Assembly (NCBI GenBank): GCA_041288095.1
Contig: JBGGMJ010000067.1
Location: forward strand, 1-43,480
Length of the DNA: 43,480 nt
Source of the DNA: Myxococcota bacterium
GTDB lineage: Bacteria; Myxococcota; XYA12-FULL-58-9; JALHOP01
Direction: 5' to 3'
Shown: positions 7,693 through 17,106 of the stretch, piece by piece
How the letters are laid out: every line of letters starts with the position of its first letter
Numbering within the stretch: the stretch's first letter is position 1
The notes under the pieces: generated by a model
The model's input: the letters and a program-made list of their open reading frames with translations, nothing else
What the model was told of the DNA's origin: nothing
Databases searched by the model: none
Made by a program: the position numbers and the translations under genes

Positions 7693-8345
7693 AAGGCGAA
7701 GCGGTAGCCGAGCGCGATGGCGAGCGTGCCGGCGCTCGCGTCCCCGGTGCTTTCGAAGGCGTAGCTCGCGTACTGATAACGGAGCTCGCCGAACACATCG
7801 CCGGGGCCAACTTGGTATCCGAGGCCGCCGCGAAGCTGCAGCCCCGAGCGTAACTGCGTCTCGGTGGTCTCGATGGCGAAGGCCTCGGTCTTGGCTCTCA
7901 AGGCGACGAGTGCCCAACCCAGTGCCGCGTAGGGCTCGAGCCGCCCGAAGGAGCGCCGCGCCACGACCTCGAGCGCGACCGAAAGGATGCGCGTCTTCAA
8001 CTCGTAGTCGTAGGAGCCAACGCTCGGATCCTGAAGAGTGCCGCTGTCATTGGGGGCGGCGTAGCCGAGCTCCAGGCCAACACCGAGCAAGCGGCCGAGG
8101 ACGTCCGGCCGGTACTCCGCGTCGAGGCCGATGCCAACGGTCGCGCCCAGGCTCGAGGTCGGAAAGACCGGCCCCAGCTTGAGACCGAGCCGGATACCGT
8201 GCGCGCCATCGTGCGTCGTGTTGGTGAACGTCGATGGCGCCGTGGCGGTAGTGCCCGCCTCAGCGGACGGCTCCGCGGGTGGCGCCTCCAGCGGCGGAGC
8301 CTTCTCGGTGGCGGCGAGCAGGACGGCGAGAATGAGGCTGCTCAT
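7689..8345 (-). CDS. outer-membrane beta-barrel protein (small OmpA/OmpW-like barrel)
   Basis: Signal peptide MSSLILAVLLAA, Pro/Ala linker, alternating amphipathic strands, C-terminal LGYRFAF BAM-type signal. ATG overlaps the upstream stop. Confidence 0.75.
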   Translation of the reverse strand: MSSLILAVLLAATEKAPPLEAPPAEPSAEAGTTATAPSTFTNTTHDGAHGIRLGLKLGPVFPTSSLGATVGIGLDAEYRPDVLGRLLGVGLELGYAAPNDSGTLQDPSVGSYDYELKTRILSVALEVVARRSFGRLEPYAALGWALVALRAKTEAFAIETTETQLRSGLQLRGGLGYQVGPGDVFGELRYQYASYAFESTGDASAGTLAIALGYRFAF

Positions 8346-10837
8346 TGGTAGCTCCCTTGCTCGCAGCTCGCGAGCACGGTGGTGTCGTTCGAGCGGCCAC
8401 CGGTGAAGTAGAACAAGCCGCCCACGTAGACAGTGCCGGCGCGATAGCGAGCCGCCGAGAGCACGATGCCGCTGTCGCCCGCGCCCCAGTTGACGATCGG
8501 CGGATCGTCGGTGTCGCAGTTGGTGCCGGAAGGACAGACATCGGCCGTGAGACCACGATCTTGGTAGCCGCCGGAGCCGTCGCGGCCGCCGAGCGAGAAG
8601 AGCACGTTGTTCACCAGCGCGCTCGACGAGCCGTGACGCCGCTGGCTGGGCGTGCCGGCGTACGTGGTCCAAGCGCTGAGGGTGCCATCATCGCCGACGC
8701 TCGCGACCTCGATGTTCGAGAGCACGGTGCCACCGTCGAGGCCTTGCGCCACCGCGAGGTACGTTGTCGCGAGGCCCGCGACGATCGGGGCGCTGGCGGC
8801 GTCGATGACCGCGCCGATGTGCTCGCCGCGTGCGACGCTGAGATCGCCGCATGCGGAAAACGCTCCGATGCTCGCGACGCCCGCGGTGCTCGTAATCTCG
8901 GCGAGCTCGCAGTCGGTGACCGCGGCTTCGGGGGCGCCGGTGACGCCACCGAGCACGTAGACGAAGGTGCGACCGCCGGTGGCTTGCGCCGCGACGGCGA
9001 CGCCGTTCGCTCTGCCGGCGGCGAGATCGGGCTGATCGGCCCACACGCCCAGTGCACCGGAAGGTAGCGGTTCCTCCGCGCCGACCACGGCGGTGCCGTC
9101 ATCGGTGAAGCTCGTGCCGGTGGGCGCGGCAATACGGCGCTCGGTGCCCGCGAGAGAGTTGGGCAACGGCGAGCGATAGACGCGATAGCCGGTGGCGCCG
9201 GGCACAGCCGCCCAGCTGATCGCCACGCGACGCTCGGTGCCGATGACGATGGTCTCGGCGTCCGAGGGCAAGGTCTCGCCGCCTGGGTTGTCGCCGGTGC
9301 CGTCCATCACGGCGGACACGCGATATGAATAGGTGCCGGGGAGCAAGGCGCTGGCGGCGAATTCCTCGGCTGCGGGCGCGGCAATCACCGGGACGGTGTC
9401 CGTTCCCAGGACGCGCGCGCGCACCGTGTCGGCGAGCAATGCACCGGCTCCGTCATGACCGCCGCTGAGGAAGACGTATTGTCCATTGCCGAAAGCGCTC
9501 GCCTCGGCGGTCGCGCGCGGAAGGCGCGTCGTCAGCGTGCGCCAACTACCGAGCTGTCCGAAGCGCGACAGCGCCGCCACCTCGACGGTGTCGAGCGCGG
9601 TGGTGTTGCGACCACCGATTGCATAGACGAAGCGATTGCCCGAGTCGTCGCGCGCGCTGATGGCCGCGTGCGCGTAGCGGCCGGTACCGAGCGCCGGCAA
9701 GGCCGTGGTGCTCTGCGCGAGATTGCCCGCCGGATTCGTGACCGCGAAAGCGGAGAAGTCGGAGAACGAGCCGTCATCCGTGTGCTCGAAGCGCACCACG
9801 TAGCTGCCGGAGCTCATCGTCGAGCTCGGAGCCATGCATGTCGCCTGCAGCGCCGAGCCAACCACGAGGGTCCCACAGAGGTAGCAGTTGGGAGCCGTGC
9901 AAGCGGCGCCCGAGGCCTGGTCGGCACGCAACAACATGACGCGGGCCGTGGTCTTGAAGCTCTCACCGTCGATTGTGAGCTCGACGTCGTCTTGAGTGTC
10001 GGCCTGCTCCGGACTCACCGCGGTGATCTTTGGCGGCGGGTCGGCAAGCACCTCGAAGGCGTCGACGATGATGCCTTCACCGCCGTCCGGGTTCACCACC
10101 CTGATGTCATAGGGTCCGCCAACGACGATGCCGGCGCCGCGCGGCTCGGTCGAGGCCGGCACCACGGCGGTCATGACCGACGCATCGGCGAAGCCGTGAA
10201 CGCTGGAGTGCTCGATCGTGAAAGCCTCGCGGATGAGCGGCACCTCGGTGACGCCGAGGCCGTCGCCATCGGCGTCGACCAGCAGGAACACTTGCGGCAC
10301 CGGCAGCAAGCCCCTGCCGGCACCGTTGTCGGCGCAGATTTCGATCGTGGTCCGGCCGCCAATCCATCCATAGGCGGGGTCGACGCTATTGCAGAGATCG
10401 ATGCGCAGACACGTGGCGCTCACCTCGAGGCCCGCCGGCAGCGTCACTTGCTCACCGGTCGGCGACTCCACGGTCACGTCGCAGGTGCCGACGGCCAGTC
10501 CCTGCGGTACCGCGGCGGTCAGCGAGTCGCTATCGAAGTGATATGCCACCTCACCGAGCTCCGTCGTGACGCCACCACAAACGAGCGTCACGTGTGCGTG
10601 CTCGAGCCTCGGCGTGTCGGTCAGCAAGTCGCGCGGTACGGGTGCGAGACCAGTTCCCGAGATGCGCACGACACCGGCGGCGGTGTTGCAGAATATCGGG
10701 TCGCCGTTGCCCACCGTGTTCACCGCGTTGACGGCGGTGATGGTGAGAGGCGGACCTTTTTGATCGACGCTATTGATCTTGCAGCTCACCGCCATGCCGG
10801 CGATGAGCAAGCAACAACGGGCCATGGAGGAACGCAT
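8342..10837 (-). CDS. large lipoprotein with Ig-like IPT/TIG domains and Kelch-like beta-propeller repeats
   Basis: Lipobox MAVSC. IPT-like segments (PPKITAVSPE..LTIDGESF; DVTVESPTG; DIRVVNPDG). Kelch repeats (RYAHAA..VYAIGG; YVFLSGG; VYVLGG; LFSLGG; FYFTGG). Several Cys pairs. Confidence 0.75.
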   Translation of the reverse strand: MRSSMARCCLLIAGMAVSCKINSVDQKGPPLTITAVNAVNTVGNGDPIFCNTAAGVVRISGTGLAPVPRDLLTDTPRLEHAHVTLVCGGVTTELGEVAYHFDSDSLTAAVPQGLAVGTCDVTVESPTGEQVTLPAGLEVSATCLRIDLCNSVDPAYGWIGGRTTIEICADNGAGRGLLPVPQVFLLVDADGDGLGVTEVPLIREAFTIEHSSVHGFADASVMTAVVPASTEPRGAGIVVGGPYDIRVVNPDGGEGIIVDAFEVLADPPPKITAVSPEQADTQDDVELTIDGESFKTTARVMLLRADQASGAACTAPNCYLCGTLVVGSALQATCMAPSSTMSSGSYVVRFEHTDDGSFSDFSAFAVTNPAGNLAQSTTALPALGTGRYAHAAISARDDSGNRFVYAIGGRNTTALDTVEVAALSRFGQLGSWRTLTTRLPRATAEASAFGNGQYVFLSGGHDGAGALLADTVRARVLGTDTVPVIAAPAAEEFAASALLPGTYSYRVSAVMDGTGDNPGGETLPSDAETIVIGTERRVAISWAAVPGATGYRVYRSPLPNSLAGTERRIAAPTGTSFTDDGTAVVGAEEPLPSGALGVWADQPDLAAGRANGVAVAAQATGGRTFVYVLGGVTGAPEAAVTDCELAEITSTAGVASIGAFSACGDLSVARGEHIGAVIDAASAPIVAGLATTYLAVAQGLDGGTVLSNIEVASVGDDGTLSAWTTYAGTPSQRRHGSSSALVNNVLFSLGGRDGSGGYQDRGLTADVCPSGTNCDTDDPPIVNWGAGDSGIVLSAARYRAGTVYVGGLFYFTGGRSNDTTVLASCEQGSYQ

Positions 10838-10885
10838 GCACCGCCTTACGGGGGCGCGTAGCGAAATGGATCGTCGAAAGTCCGC

Positions 10886-12064
10886 TCAGACGTACGCACG
10901 TAGCTCGATGTGGGTGAGCTCGGACGGCGCGCCAAAACGCATCGGCGGTCCCCAGAATCCCGTGCCCCGGCTCACGTAGATTTTCGTGCCGTTGTGATCC
11001 GCGAGCCCAGCGACGTACGGCTGCGCGAGACGCACGAAGATGCCGAACGGCCAGATCTGACCGCCATGGGTGTGACCGGAGAGCTGCACGCAGACGTTGC
11101 GCGCGGCGGCCTCGAGCACTTGTTTGGGCTGATGCGCGAGCAGCACGGTGCAGGCGCCGTCGGGGATGTCCGCTAAAGCGGCAGGCAGATCGGGCCCGTG
11201 GCCGCCGCCGAACTGACCCGCGGTCCAATCATCGACGCCGGCGATATAAAACGCGGCGCCGCCGCTCTCGATGCGGACGTTTTCGTTGCGCAGCACCCGC
11301 ACCCCGAGGGTCGGCAGGTGGCGCATCCAACCACCCACACCCGAGTAGTACTCGTGGTTGCCGGTCACGAAGAAGATCCCGAGACGCGCCTTGAGCTGGG
11401 AGAGCGGTGCTACGTCGTGCTCGAGCTCCTCGACGGTGCCGTCGACGAGGTCGCCGGTGATGACGATGACATCGGCGTTCAAGGCGTTGGTGCGATCGAC
11501 GACGTCCTGCACGTAGTCGCGCCGGATGGTCGGGCCGACGTGCAGGTCGCTGATCTGCACCATGGTGATCTTGTCGAGCTCCTTGGGCAGTTTCTTGAGG
11601 GCGATACTGACTTTGCGCAGCGACGGCGAGCCGAGGGCGCTGCGTGCCGCCATGACGGACGCGCCGATGGCACCGAGCATCGCGGTGCCGCCGAAGAAGC
11701 GCGCCAACGCGAGTCGGCGAGCCTCGTCGACCGGAGCGCCTACCATGAAGCGGCTACCCAGGTCGTAGACGACACGCCCGATGTCGAGGCCGCCAACGAC
11801 GACGAGCGCGATGACCACGAAGCCCATCCAAAAGTAGATGGCGGTCATGAGCACCGAGGGAATGACGCCTTCGACGAGGCGCCACATGATGGGCGTCGCG
11901 ATCAAGAGCAGCAACATCAACGCCATGCCGCCGGTCAGGATCTGGCGCCACGGCGCGGCGAGCTGGATGTCGCGCACGAAGCGCGTCCACAAGTACCAAT
12001 GCATGCTGCCCATCACCGCGACGACGATGAGCATGAAGACGAGGAAGCTGATGATGCGAGGCAT
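10886..12064 (-). CDS. membrane-anchored calcineurin-like metallophosphoesterase (YkuE/YaeI family)
   Basis: Motifs QISDLH, TGDLVD, TGNHEYY, LLAHQP, SGHTHGGQ, YVSRGTG, with N-terminal TM helices. Start taken at MPRIISFLVF (12064). Confidence 0.9.
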   Translation of the reverse strand: MPRIISFLVFMLIVVAVMGSMHWYLWTRFVRDIQLAAPWRQILTGGMALMLLLLIATPIMWRLVEGVIPSVLMTAIYFWMGFVVIALVVVGGLDIGRVVYDLGSRFMVGAPVDEARRLALARFFGGTAMLGAIGASVMAARSALGSPSLRKVSIALKKLPKELDKITMVQISDLHVGPTIRRDYVQDVVDRTNALNADVIVITGDLVDGTVEELEHDVAPLSQLKARLGIFFVTGNHEYYSGVGGWMRHLPTLGVRVLRNENVRIESGGAAFYIAGVDDWTAGQFGGGHGPDLPAALADIPDGACTVLLAHQPKQVLEAAARNVCVQLSGHTHGGQIWPFGIFVRLAQPYVAGLADHNGTKIYVSRGTGFWGPPMRFGAPSELTHIELRAYV

Positions 12065-12132
12065 ACGGGGGGACCTCTGCGGGGGCGAGCCAAGGAGATC
12101 TAAGCAGGCGCAAGCCTTTAGGCAAGCGGACG

Positions 12133-13206
12133 TCAGCCGAAGGCGGCCATACGGTCGAGTTGCTCGTCCACCGCGGCGAACACGGCCTTGTTGCCGTCCT
12201 GCCGATAGCTCTGGAGCGCCTGTTCGTGTGCATCCAAGCCGGCCACGAATTCGTGGATGGCGCCAGGATCCTCGAGGCTCGGGGCAAAGCGTCCATAGCC
12301 GAGCTTCTCGAGCCAGCGGGCGTTGAGCACTTGCTCGAATTGTCCCCCCACCGGCACGGACAGCATCGGCTTTCGCAGGTAGACGCACTCACCCATGAGG
12401 GTAAAGCCGCCGCCGGCGATGACGCCGCGCGCGCCCGCGACATCGTCGACGAAGGCCTGCTCGCTGAACGGGCGGTAGGTGAGGTTCTCGTCCTGCTCGT
12501 CTTTCTGGATGCTGCGGCGCATGCCGTAGATCTTGCACGGCAGCTTCGTCTGCTTGAGCGTCGCGACCAAGGCGTCGTTCCCCTCGGCGGTTTGATAGAC
12601 GAGCAGGTGCTCGCCGCGCTTGGGCTTGGCGGCGAGGATCTCGTCGCGAAGGATTGGCGGTACCAGCGTCGTCTTCTTGCGCGCGAGCGGTGGCTGGAAG
12701 AACGAGCTGACGATGTAGTGATCGCAGAATGGAAGCTTGGACTTCACGAAGGCACGCGCCAGCTCGAAGTCTTTCTCGTGGCCGGCGATGACTTCCTTCG
12801 GATGTTTGCAGCGGTTCAGCACCTGCATGTTGTCGATGGAGAGGATCGGCAGGCGCTTCGTTTTAGCGTACCAGTAGGTCCATGATTCGAAATCGCTGAT
12901 CACGCCCTCGGGTTTGAAATCGTCGATGAGGCCGAAGTAGGCGGCGATCTGGGTCGGGATGGCGGCTATGCCCTTCACCACATTGCTCGCGATGGTGCGG
13001 CGCAGGCGGACCCGATTCTCGTCGTAGATGATGTGGAAACCGTGGATGCGGTTGACGCCACTGAAGTGCTTGCCGAGGAAGTCGCAGGCGCGACCCGAGG
13101 CCATGATCTCGAGCTCGTGGCCTTGTTTGAGCAGGTACGAAAGAATGACCCGCGAGCGAATCGCGTGGCCCATGCCTTCCCCGACGACGCCGTAGAGTAA
13201 CCGCAT
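12133..13206 (-). CDS. GT-B glycosyltransferase, MJ1255/VC2487-like (GT28 related)
   Basis: MRLLYGVVGEGMGHAIRS, VISDFE, ILSIDNM, GGGFTLMGECVYLRKPMLSVPVGGQFEQVLNA. Confidence 0.85.
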   Translation of the reverse strand: MRLLYGVVGEGMGHAIRSRVILSYLLKQGHELEIMASGRACDFLGKHFSGVNRIHGFHIIYDENRVRLRRTIASNVVKGIAAIPTQIAAYFGLIDDFKPEGVISDFESWTYWYAKTKRLPILSIDNMQVLNRCKHPKEVIAGHEKDFELARAFVKSKLPFCDHYIVSSFFQPPLARKKTTLVPPILRDEILAAKPKRGEHLLVYQTAEGNDALVATLKQTKLPCKIYGMRRSIQKDEQDENLTYRPFSEQAFVDDVAGARGVIAGGGFTLMGECVYLRKPMLSVPVGGQFEQVLNARWLEKLGYGRFAPSLEDPGAIHEFVAGLDAHEQALQSYRQDGNKAVFAAVDEQLDRMAAFG

Positions 13207-13212
13207 CGCCGA

Positions 13213-13261
13213 TCGCATATCGGAAATCGGCTATCGGTTCTCGGCTATCGGCTATCGGCTA
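13213..13261. repeat. degenerate 7-bp tandem repeat (TCGGCTA)n, about 7 units, filling the obgE-glycosyltransferase gap
   Basis: tcgcata tcggaaa tcggcta tcggttc tcggcta tcggcta tcggcta; the last unit contains the obgE stop. Confidence 0.8.
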
Positions 13262-14350
13262 CTCGGCCGACTCGGCTTCCTCGGCCGTCGGCCCTTCCGA
13301 GCTCTCGGTCCGCAACCCCACCGGTGCAATCCCCGCCTGGCGCTCGCTCAACACCCCGTGCCCCAAGAACTTCACCAGCTCCGGCACCCCCTCGCCGGTC
13401 GCGGCGGAGATGGCGAAGAACGGCACCTTCTGCTTCTTGGCGTACTTCTCGACCTCGGCGCGCTTCTCGGCGACGAACGGCAAATCGATGCGGTTGAGCA
13501 CGAGGACCCGCGGCACCAACGCGAGGCGCTCGTTGTGCAGCGCCATCTCCTGCTCGATGGCCTCGAAGTCACGGATGGGGTCGCGGTCTTCGGTGTCGGG
13601 CTCGACGGTCACCAGATGCGCGATACGTCGCACGCGCTCGATGTGTCGCAGAAAGCGCGTGCCCAGCCCCTGGCCGGTATGCGCGCCGACGATGATGCCG
13701 GGGACGTCCGCTAAAACGAACGATTGTTCCGGCCCGAACGAAACGACACCGAGGTGCGGCTCGAGGGTGGTGAAGGGATAGTCGGCGATCTTCGGACGTG
13801 CCGCGGAGACCTTGGCGATGAGAGAGGACTTGCCGACGTTGGGGAAGCCGACGAGGCCGACGTCAGCGAGCATCTTGAGCTCGAGCCGGACCGTGAGCTC
13901 CGCGCCCTCTTCACCCGGCTGCGCGAACTTGGGCGCCTGCTGGGTGGAGCGCGCGAAGTGCTCGTTGCCCTTGCCGCCGCGTCCGCCACGCGCGAGCACG
14001 ACCTCGGTCCCGGGCTCCGCCATGTCGGCGATGAGCTCCTGGGTGTCGGCGTTGAAAATCATGGTGCCGACTGGCACCTTCAGGACCGAGTCGTCGCCGT
14101 CGCGACCGGAGCACTGCCGCCCTTGGCCGCGGTCGCCGTCCTTGGCGTGATGCTTTCGCTGGAACTTGTAGTCGAGAAGCGTCGACAGCTGTGCATCGGC
14201 GCGCACGATGACGTCGCCACCCTTGCCGCCGTTGCCGCCGTCGGGTCCACCGAAGGGGATGTATTTCTCACGACGGAACGACACCGCACCGGCGCCGCCG
14301 TGACCGGAGCGCACGTGGATGACGACTTCGTCGATGAAATTGGAGCGCAC
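13259..14350 (-). CDS. obgE: GTPase Obg/CgtA
   Basis: FIDEVVIHVRSGHGGAG, FRREKYIPFGGPDGGNGG, G1 GFPNVGKSS, G2 YPFTTL, G3 DVPG, G4 NRID. Conserved position after rplU-rpmA. Confidence 0.98.
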   Translation of the reverse strand: MRSNFIDEVVIHVRSGHGGAGAVSFRREKYIPFGGPDGGNGGKGGDVIVRADAQLSTLLDYKFQRKHHAKDGDRGQGRQCSGRDGDDSVLKVPVGTMIFNADTQELIADMAEPGTEVVLARGGRGGKGNEHFARSTQQAPKFAQPGEEGAELTVRLELKMLADVGLVGFPNVGKSSLIAKVSAARPKIADYPFTTLEPHLGVVSFGPEQSFVLADVPGIIVGAHTGQGLGTRFLRHIERVRRIAHLVTVEPDTEDRDPIRDFEAIEQEMALHNERLALVPRVLVLNRIDLPFVAEKRAEVEKYAKKQKVPFFAISAATGEGVPELVKFLGHGVLSERQAGIAPVGLRTESSEGPTAEEAESAE

Positions 14351-14391
14351 GAGGCACCTACTGCGCTAGGCGCGCGCCCGAAGGAGAGCTT

Positions 14392-14661
14392 CTACGCGCT
14401 CTCGACGACGACGCCGGGCGTAATCACCGCGCGGGTCCTGGCGCCGAAGGGCTTGTAGTGAACCACGCCGTCCGTCAAAGCGTACAGCGTAAAGTCACGG
14501 CCCATGCCGACGTTGCGGCCGGGGTGGATCTTGGTGCCCTTCTGGCGAACCAAGATGTTGCCGGCGACCACGATGCTACCGTCGTGCGATTTTACGCCGC
14601 GGTACTTCGGTTGAGAGTCGCGGCCGTTGCGTGTCGATCCTTGGCCTTTTTTGTGCGCCAT
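14392..14661 (-). CDS. rpmA: 50S ribosomal protein L27
   Basis: [24 protein letters not shown]...[34 protein letters not shown]. Confidence 0.98.
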   Translation of the reverse strand: MAHKKGQGSTRNGRDSQPKYRGVKSHDGSIVVAGNILVRQKGTKIHPGRNVGMGRDFTLYALTDGVVHYKPFGARTRAVITPGVVVESA

Positions 14662-14687
14662 GGCGTATTACCTCGTTCTGGTCAGCG

Positions 14688-14999
14688 CTAGGCGCTGATG
14701 CCGGTGATTTCGAGCTCGGTGAAGTCCTGGCGGTGGCCGATGAGCTTGTCGAAGCCCTTGCGGCGGCGCTTCTTGTAGACGAGCACCTTCGAGCCGCGGC
14801 CCTGAGCGACCACTTTAGCGGTCACCGATGCGCCGGCGATCGTGGGGACGCCAATCTTGGCTTCGCCTTCGCCGCCGACCATGAGGACGTCGTCGAGCTT
14901 GACGGTCCCGCCGACCTCGCCGAGGAGCATGTTGATGGTGAAACGCTCACCCTGGCTGACTCGATGTTGTTTGCCATCGGCGCGTACGACTGCGTACAT
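14688..14999 (-). CDS. rplU: 50S ribosomal protein L21
   Basis: MYAVVRADGKQHRV...KVLVYKKRRRKGFDKLIGHRQDFTELEITGI. Confidence 0.97.
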   Translation of the reverse strand: MYAVVRADGKQHRVSQGERFTINMLLGEVGGTVKLDDVLMVGGEGEAKIGVPTIAGASVTAKVVAQGRGSKVLVYKKRRRKGFDKLIGHRQDFTELEITGISA

Positions 15000-15046
15000 G
15001 ACAGGAACCTTCTCTTCGGGCCCGAGGGGGCCAAATCGGAGCGGCG

Positions 15047-15075
15047 CTTCTAAGGAATCGCACCTGAGTTGTCAA
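15047..15075 (-). promoter_or_regulatory. sigma70-type promoter of the rplU-rpmA-obgE operon
   Basis: Minus strand reads TTGACA-17 nt-TAGAAG, ending 47 nt upstream of the rplU ATG. Confidence 0.7.
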
Positions 15076-15219
15076 CAATGATCGCGCGCCTCATCCGCAC
15101 TGAACGTCGATTCAGCCCATTGGGCCGGCTTTCCCAGCGCTAGACGGGCTCCATCCATCCGCTCGCGGGCCGCCAAGGGTATGTCCTAGGCCGGTTCGAG
15201 CATTCTGGTGGGATGGAGC

Positions 15220-17106
15220 ATGACCGAGGTAAGAGCCGCACCTGTCGATTGGTCCAGGGTCAACTGGGCCACCGTCGACGTGCGCCAGCTCGACTACGCC
15301 AATATGCCGCCCGAGGCCCGCGCCGCCATCGCCAGCCGGATTGGTGAAATCCGCGCCGCTCCCGGCGAACGGCGCTCACGCTCCGGGACGCCCCTGCCCG
15401 CCGCCGCTGGGCGTGACGCCGGCGAGCACAACCGCGTGTTCCAGATCGCGGCCAACATCATCGCCGGCAGGCGCGTGCTCAACGAAGACGGCGTCGCCGG
15501 GCGCTACACGCGAGCCGCTATCCGCGACCTCCAGCGCGACCTTCTCCAACAGCGCCGGGGTGACGGTGTCGGCGGCGCCACGACCTACGACGCCGTGGCC
15601 CGCGCGTTGGTAAGCCCGCCGCAGCGGCCGCCCAGAATTGCCCGTGTCGAGCCCGACCGGCCTAACGCTCGCAATCGCGCGGACGCGTCACCACTCACGC
15701 GAGCCGAAGCCGCGCGTCCCACCGAGCCACGCGTCACCGAGCCCGGTCCCGCCGATCGGCTCATCGCCGGTCTCGGCGAAACCGATCGGGGGCGACGCAA
15801 CGAGGCGTTGCGAAGCGGCCTGCGCGATATCGGCACGCTGCCGGAGCGTGATCGCCCAGCCGCCATCGGCCGTGTCGCCGACAGCATTCTCAACACCGCA
15901 AATCCCGCCGACCGCATCGCGCGCGCCCGTGCCCTCCTGCACGACCCCAGCGGCGCGGTCACCCCGGAAGGCACGCAGGCGCGCAACGCCATCCTCGCGG
16001 CCTTGCGCACCGAGCGGCCTGGTGGCGCGGCGCCCATGAGCCCGGAGGATCGCTGGCGCGTCGCCAACGACATCCCTCTTGCCGATCGCGTGACGCAACC
16101 CGTGAGCCGCGACAGTCTCGCGGCGCTGGGCGATGACGTCCGAGCACCGGTCGAGATCACGGGCCGCGAGCTCGCCGGGCGCTTGGCCGACCGCGGCCGC
16201 GCCAACGCGGCGGTGCAGGAGCTCGGCGACCTCGCCACCGAAGGCGGCCGCGAGAGCCCACGCTATGGGCCAACCCTGGACGCCATCGCCGCCGAGCTGC
16301 GCGGTCGACCCGATGCGCTCCCCGACACCCTCGCCAACATCGGCGCGAGCAGCCCGCAGCTGCTCGGGGACATCGCCGGCCGATTGCATCCCGGCGACGA
16401 AGGTGCGCGCGACGCGGCCGTCGTCGCGGCACACGCCCGCGCCGCCACGCGCGTGCCGGACGCGGAGCGCGCTGAGCTCGCCCGCAGCGCCGCCGAGCGG
16501 CTCGCCGAGCTGCACGAGGATCGCCCCGCGTTCGAGCGCGCCCTGCCCCAGCTACGAGAGCGCTTCGCGAACGACCCGTCGGCGCTCGGCGCCTTGCTCC
16601 GCTATGGCGACCTGCCGGCGGACATGGCGAGTGACTTGGTCGGCGGCACCTGGGCACATCTGCCGCGCCCCGCGCAGCAAGCCGCCGCCCAGTGGCTCAT
16701 CGGCTCGGCACCCGGGAGCGTTCCCGAGAGCATGCGCGCGATGGTTCGGCAGCGCGCCGACTTCTCGTCGGGCCGGGTCGAAAACGCCGACGGGGTGTTC
16801 GCGCTCATCCCCGGCGGCGGTCTCGGCGTCGGCGCGTTGCGAGCGAGCATGGCACGCCTCGTCGCCGCTCGCGCGGTGCCGGCGGCCGCGGGGGCCATGG
16901 GGCGTTACACCATGACCGGCGCCGGTCGCACCGAGATGCCACGCATCCTCCAGGTCGGCGGCGAGCGCCTGACCGCGCTCGAGCGCGCGCAGTACTCGGA
17001 AATCCGGCGGGGCATCGGCCAGCTCATGGAGACGAACCGTGCTCTCGCGCTCCAGTTCCGCGAGCAGCTCAACACGTGGATGCGCGTCAACAATCGCCGT
17101 TTCTAG
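15220..17106 (+). CDS. hypothetical protein with N-terminal peptidoglycan-binding (PG_binding_1-like) motif, Arg/Ala-rich helical body and Gly-rich hydrophobic C-terminal segment
   Basis: GGAG RBS before ATG 15220. DGVAGRYTRAAIRDLQ...GDGVGGATTYDAVARAL fits DGxxGxxTxxA(I/V)xxxQ...DGxxGxxTxxAL. Confidence 0.6.
   Translation: MTEVRAAPVDWSRVNWATVDVRQLDYANMPPEARAAIASRIGEIRAAPGERRSRSGTPLPAAAGRDAGEHNRVFQIAANIIAGRRVLNEDGVAGRYTRAAIRDLQRDLLQQRRGDGVGGATTYDAVARALVSPPQRPPRIARVEPDRPNARNRADASPLTRAEAARPTEPRVTEPGPADRLIAGLGETDRGRRNEALRSGLRDIGTLPERDRPAAIGRVADSILNTANPADRIARARALLHDPSGAVTPEGTQARNAILAALRTERPGGAAPMSPEDRWRVANDIPLADRVTQPVSRDSLAALGDDVRAPVEITGRELAGRLADRGRANAAVQELGDLATEGGRESPRYGPTLDAIAAELRGRPDALPDTLANIGASSPQLLGDIAGRLHPGDEGARDAAVVAAHARAATRVPDAERAELARSAAERLAELHEDRPAFERALPQLRERFANDPSALGALLRYGDLPADMASDLVGGTWAHLPRPAQQAAAQWLIGSAPGSVPESMRAMVRQRADFSSGRVENADGVFALIPGGGLGVGALRASMARLVAARAVPAAAGAMGRYTMTGAGRTEMPRILQVGGERLTALERAQYSEIRRGIGQLMETNRALALQFREQLNTWMRVNNRRF

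Noticed and set aside
13213-13261. Repeats as a CRISPR array
   Set aside because: The units are 7-bp tandem repeats with no spacers, and there are no cas genes in the window.
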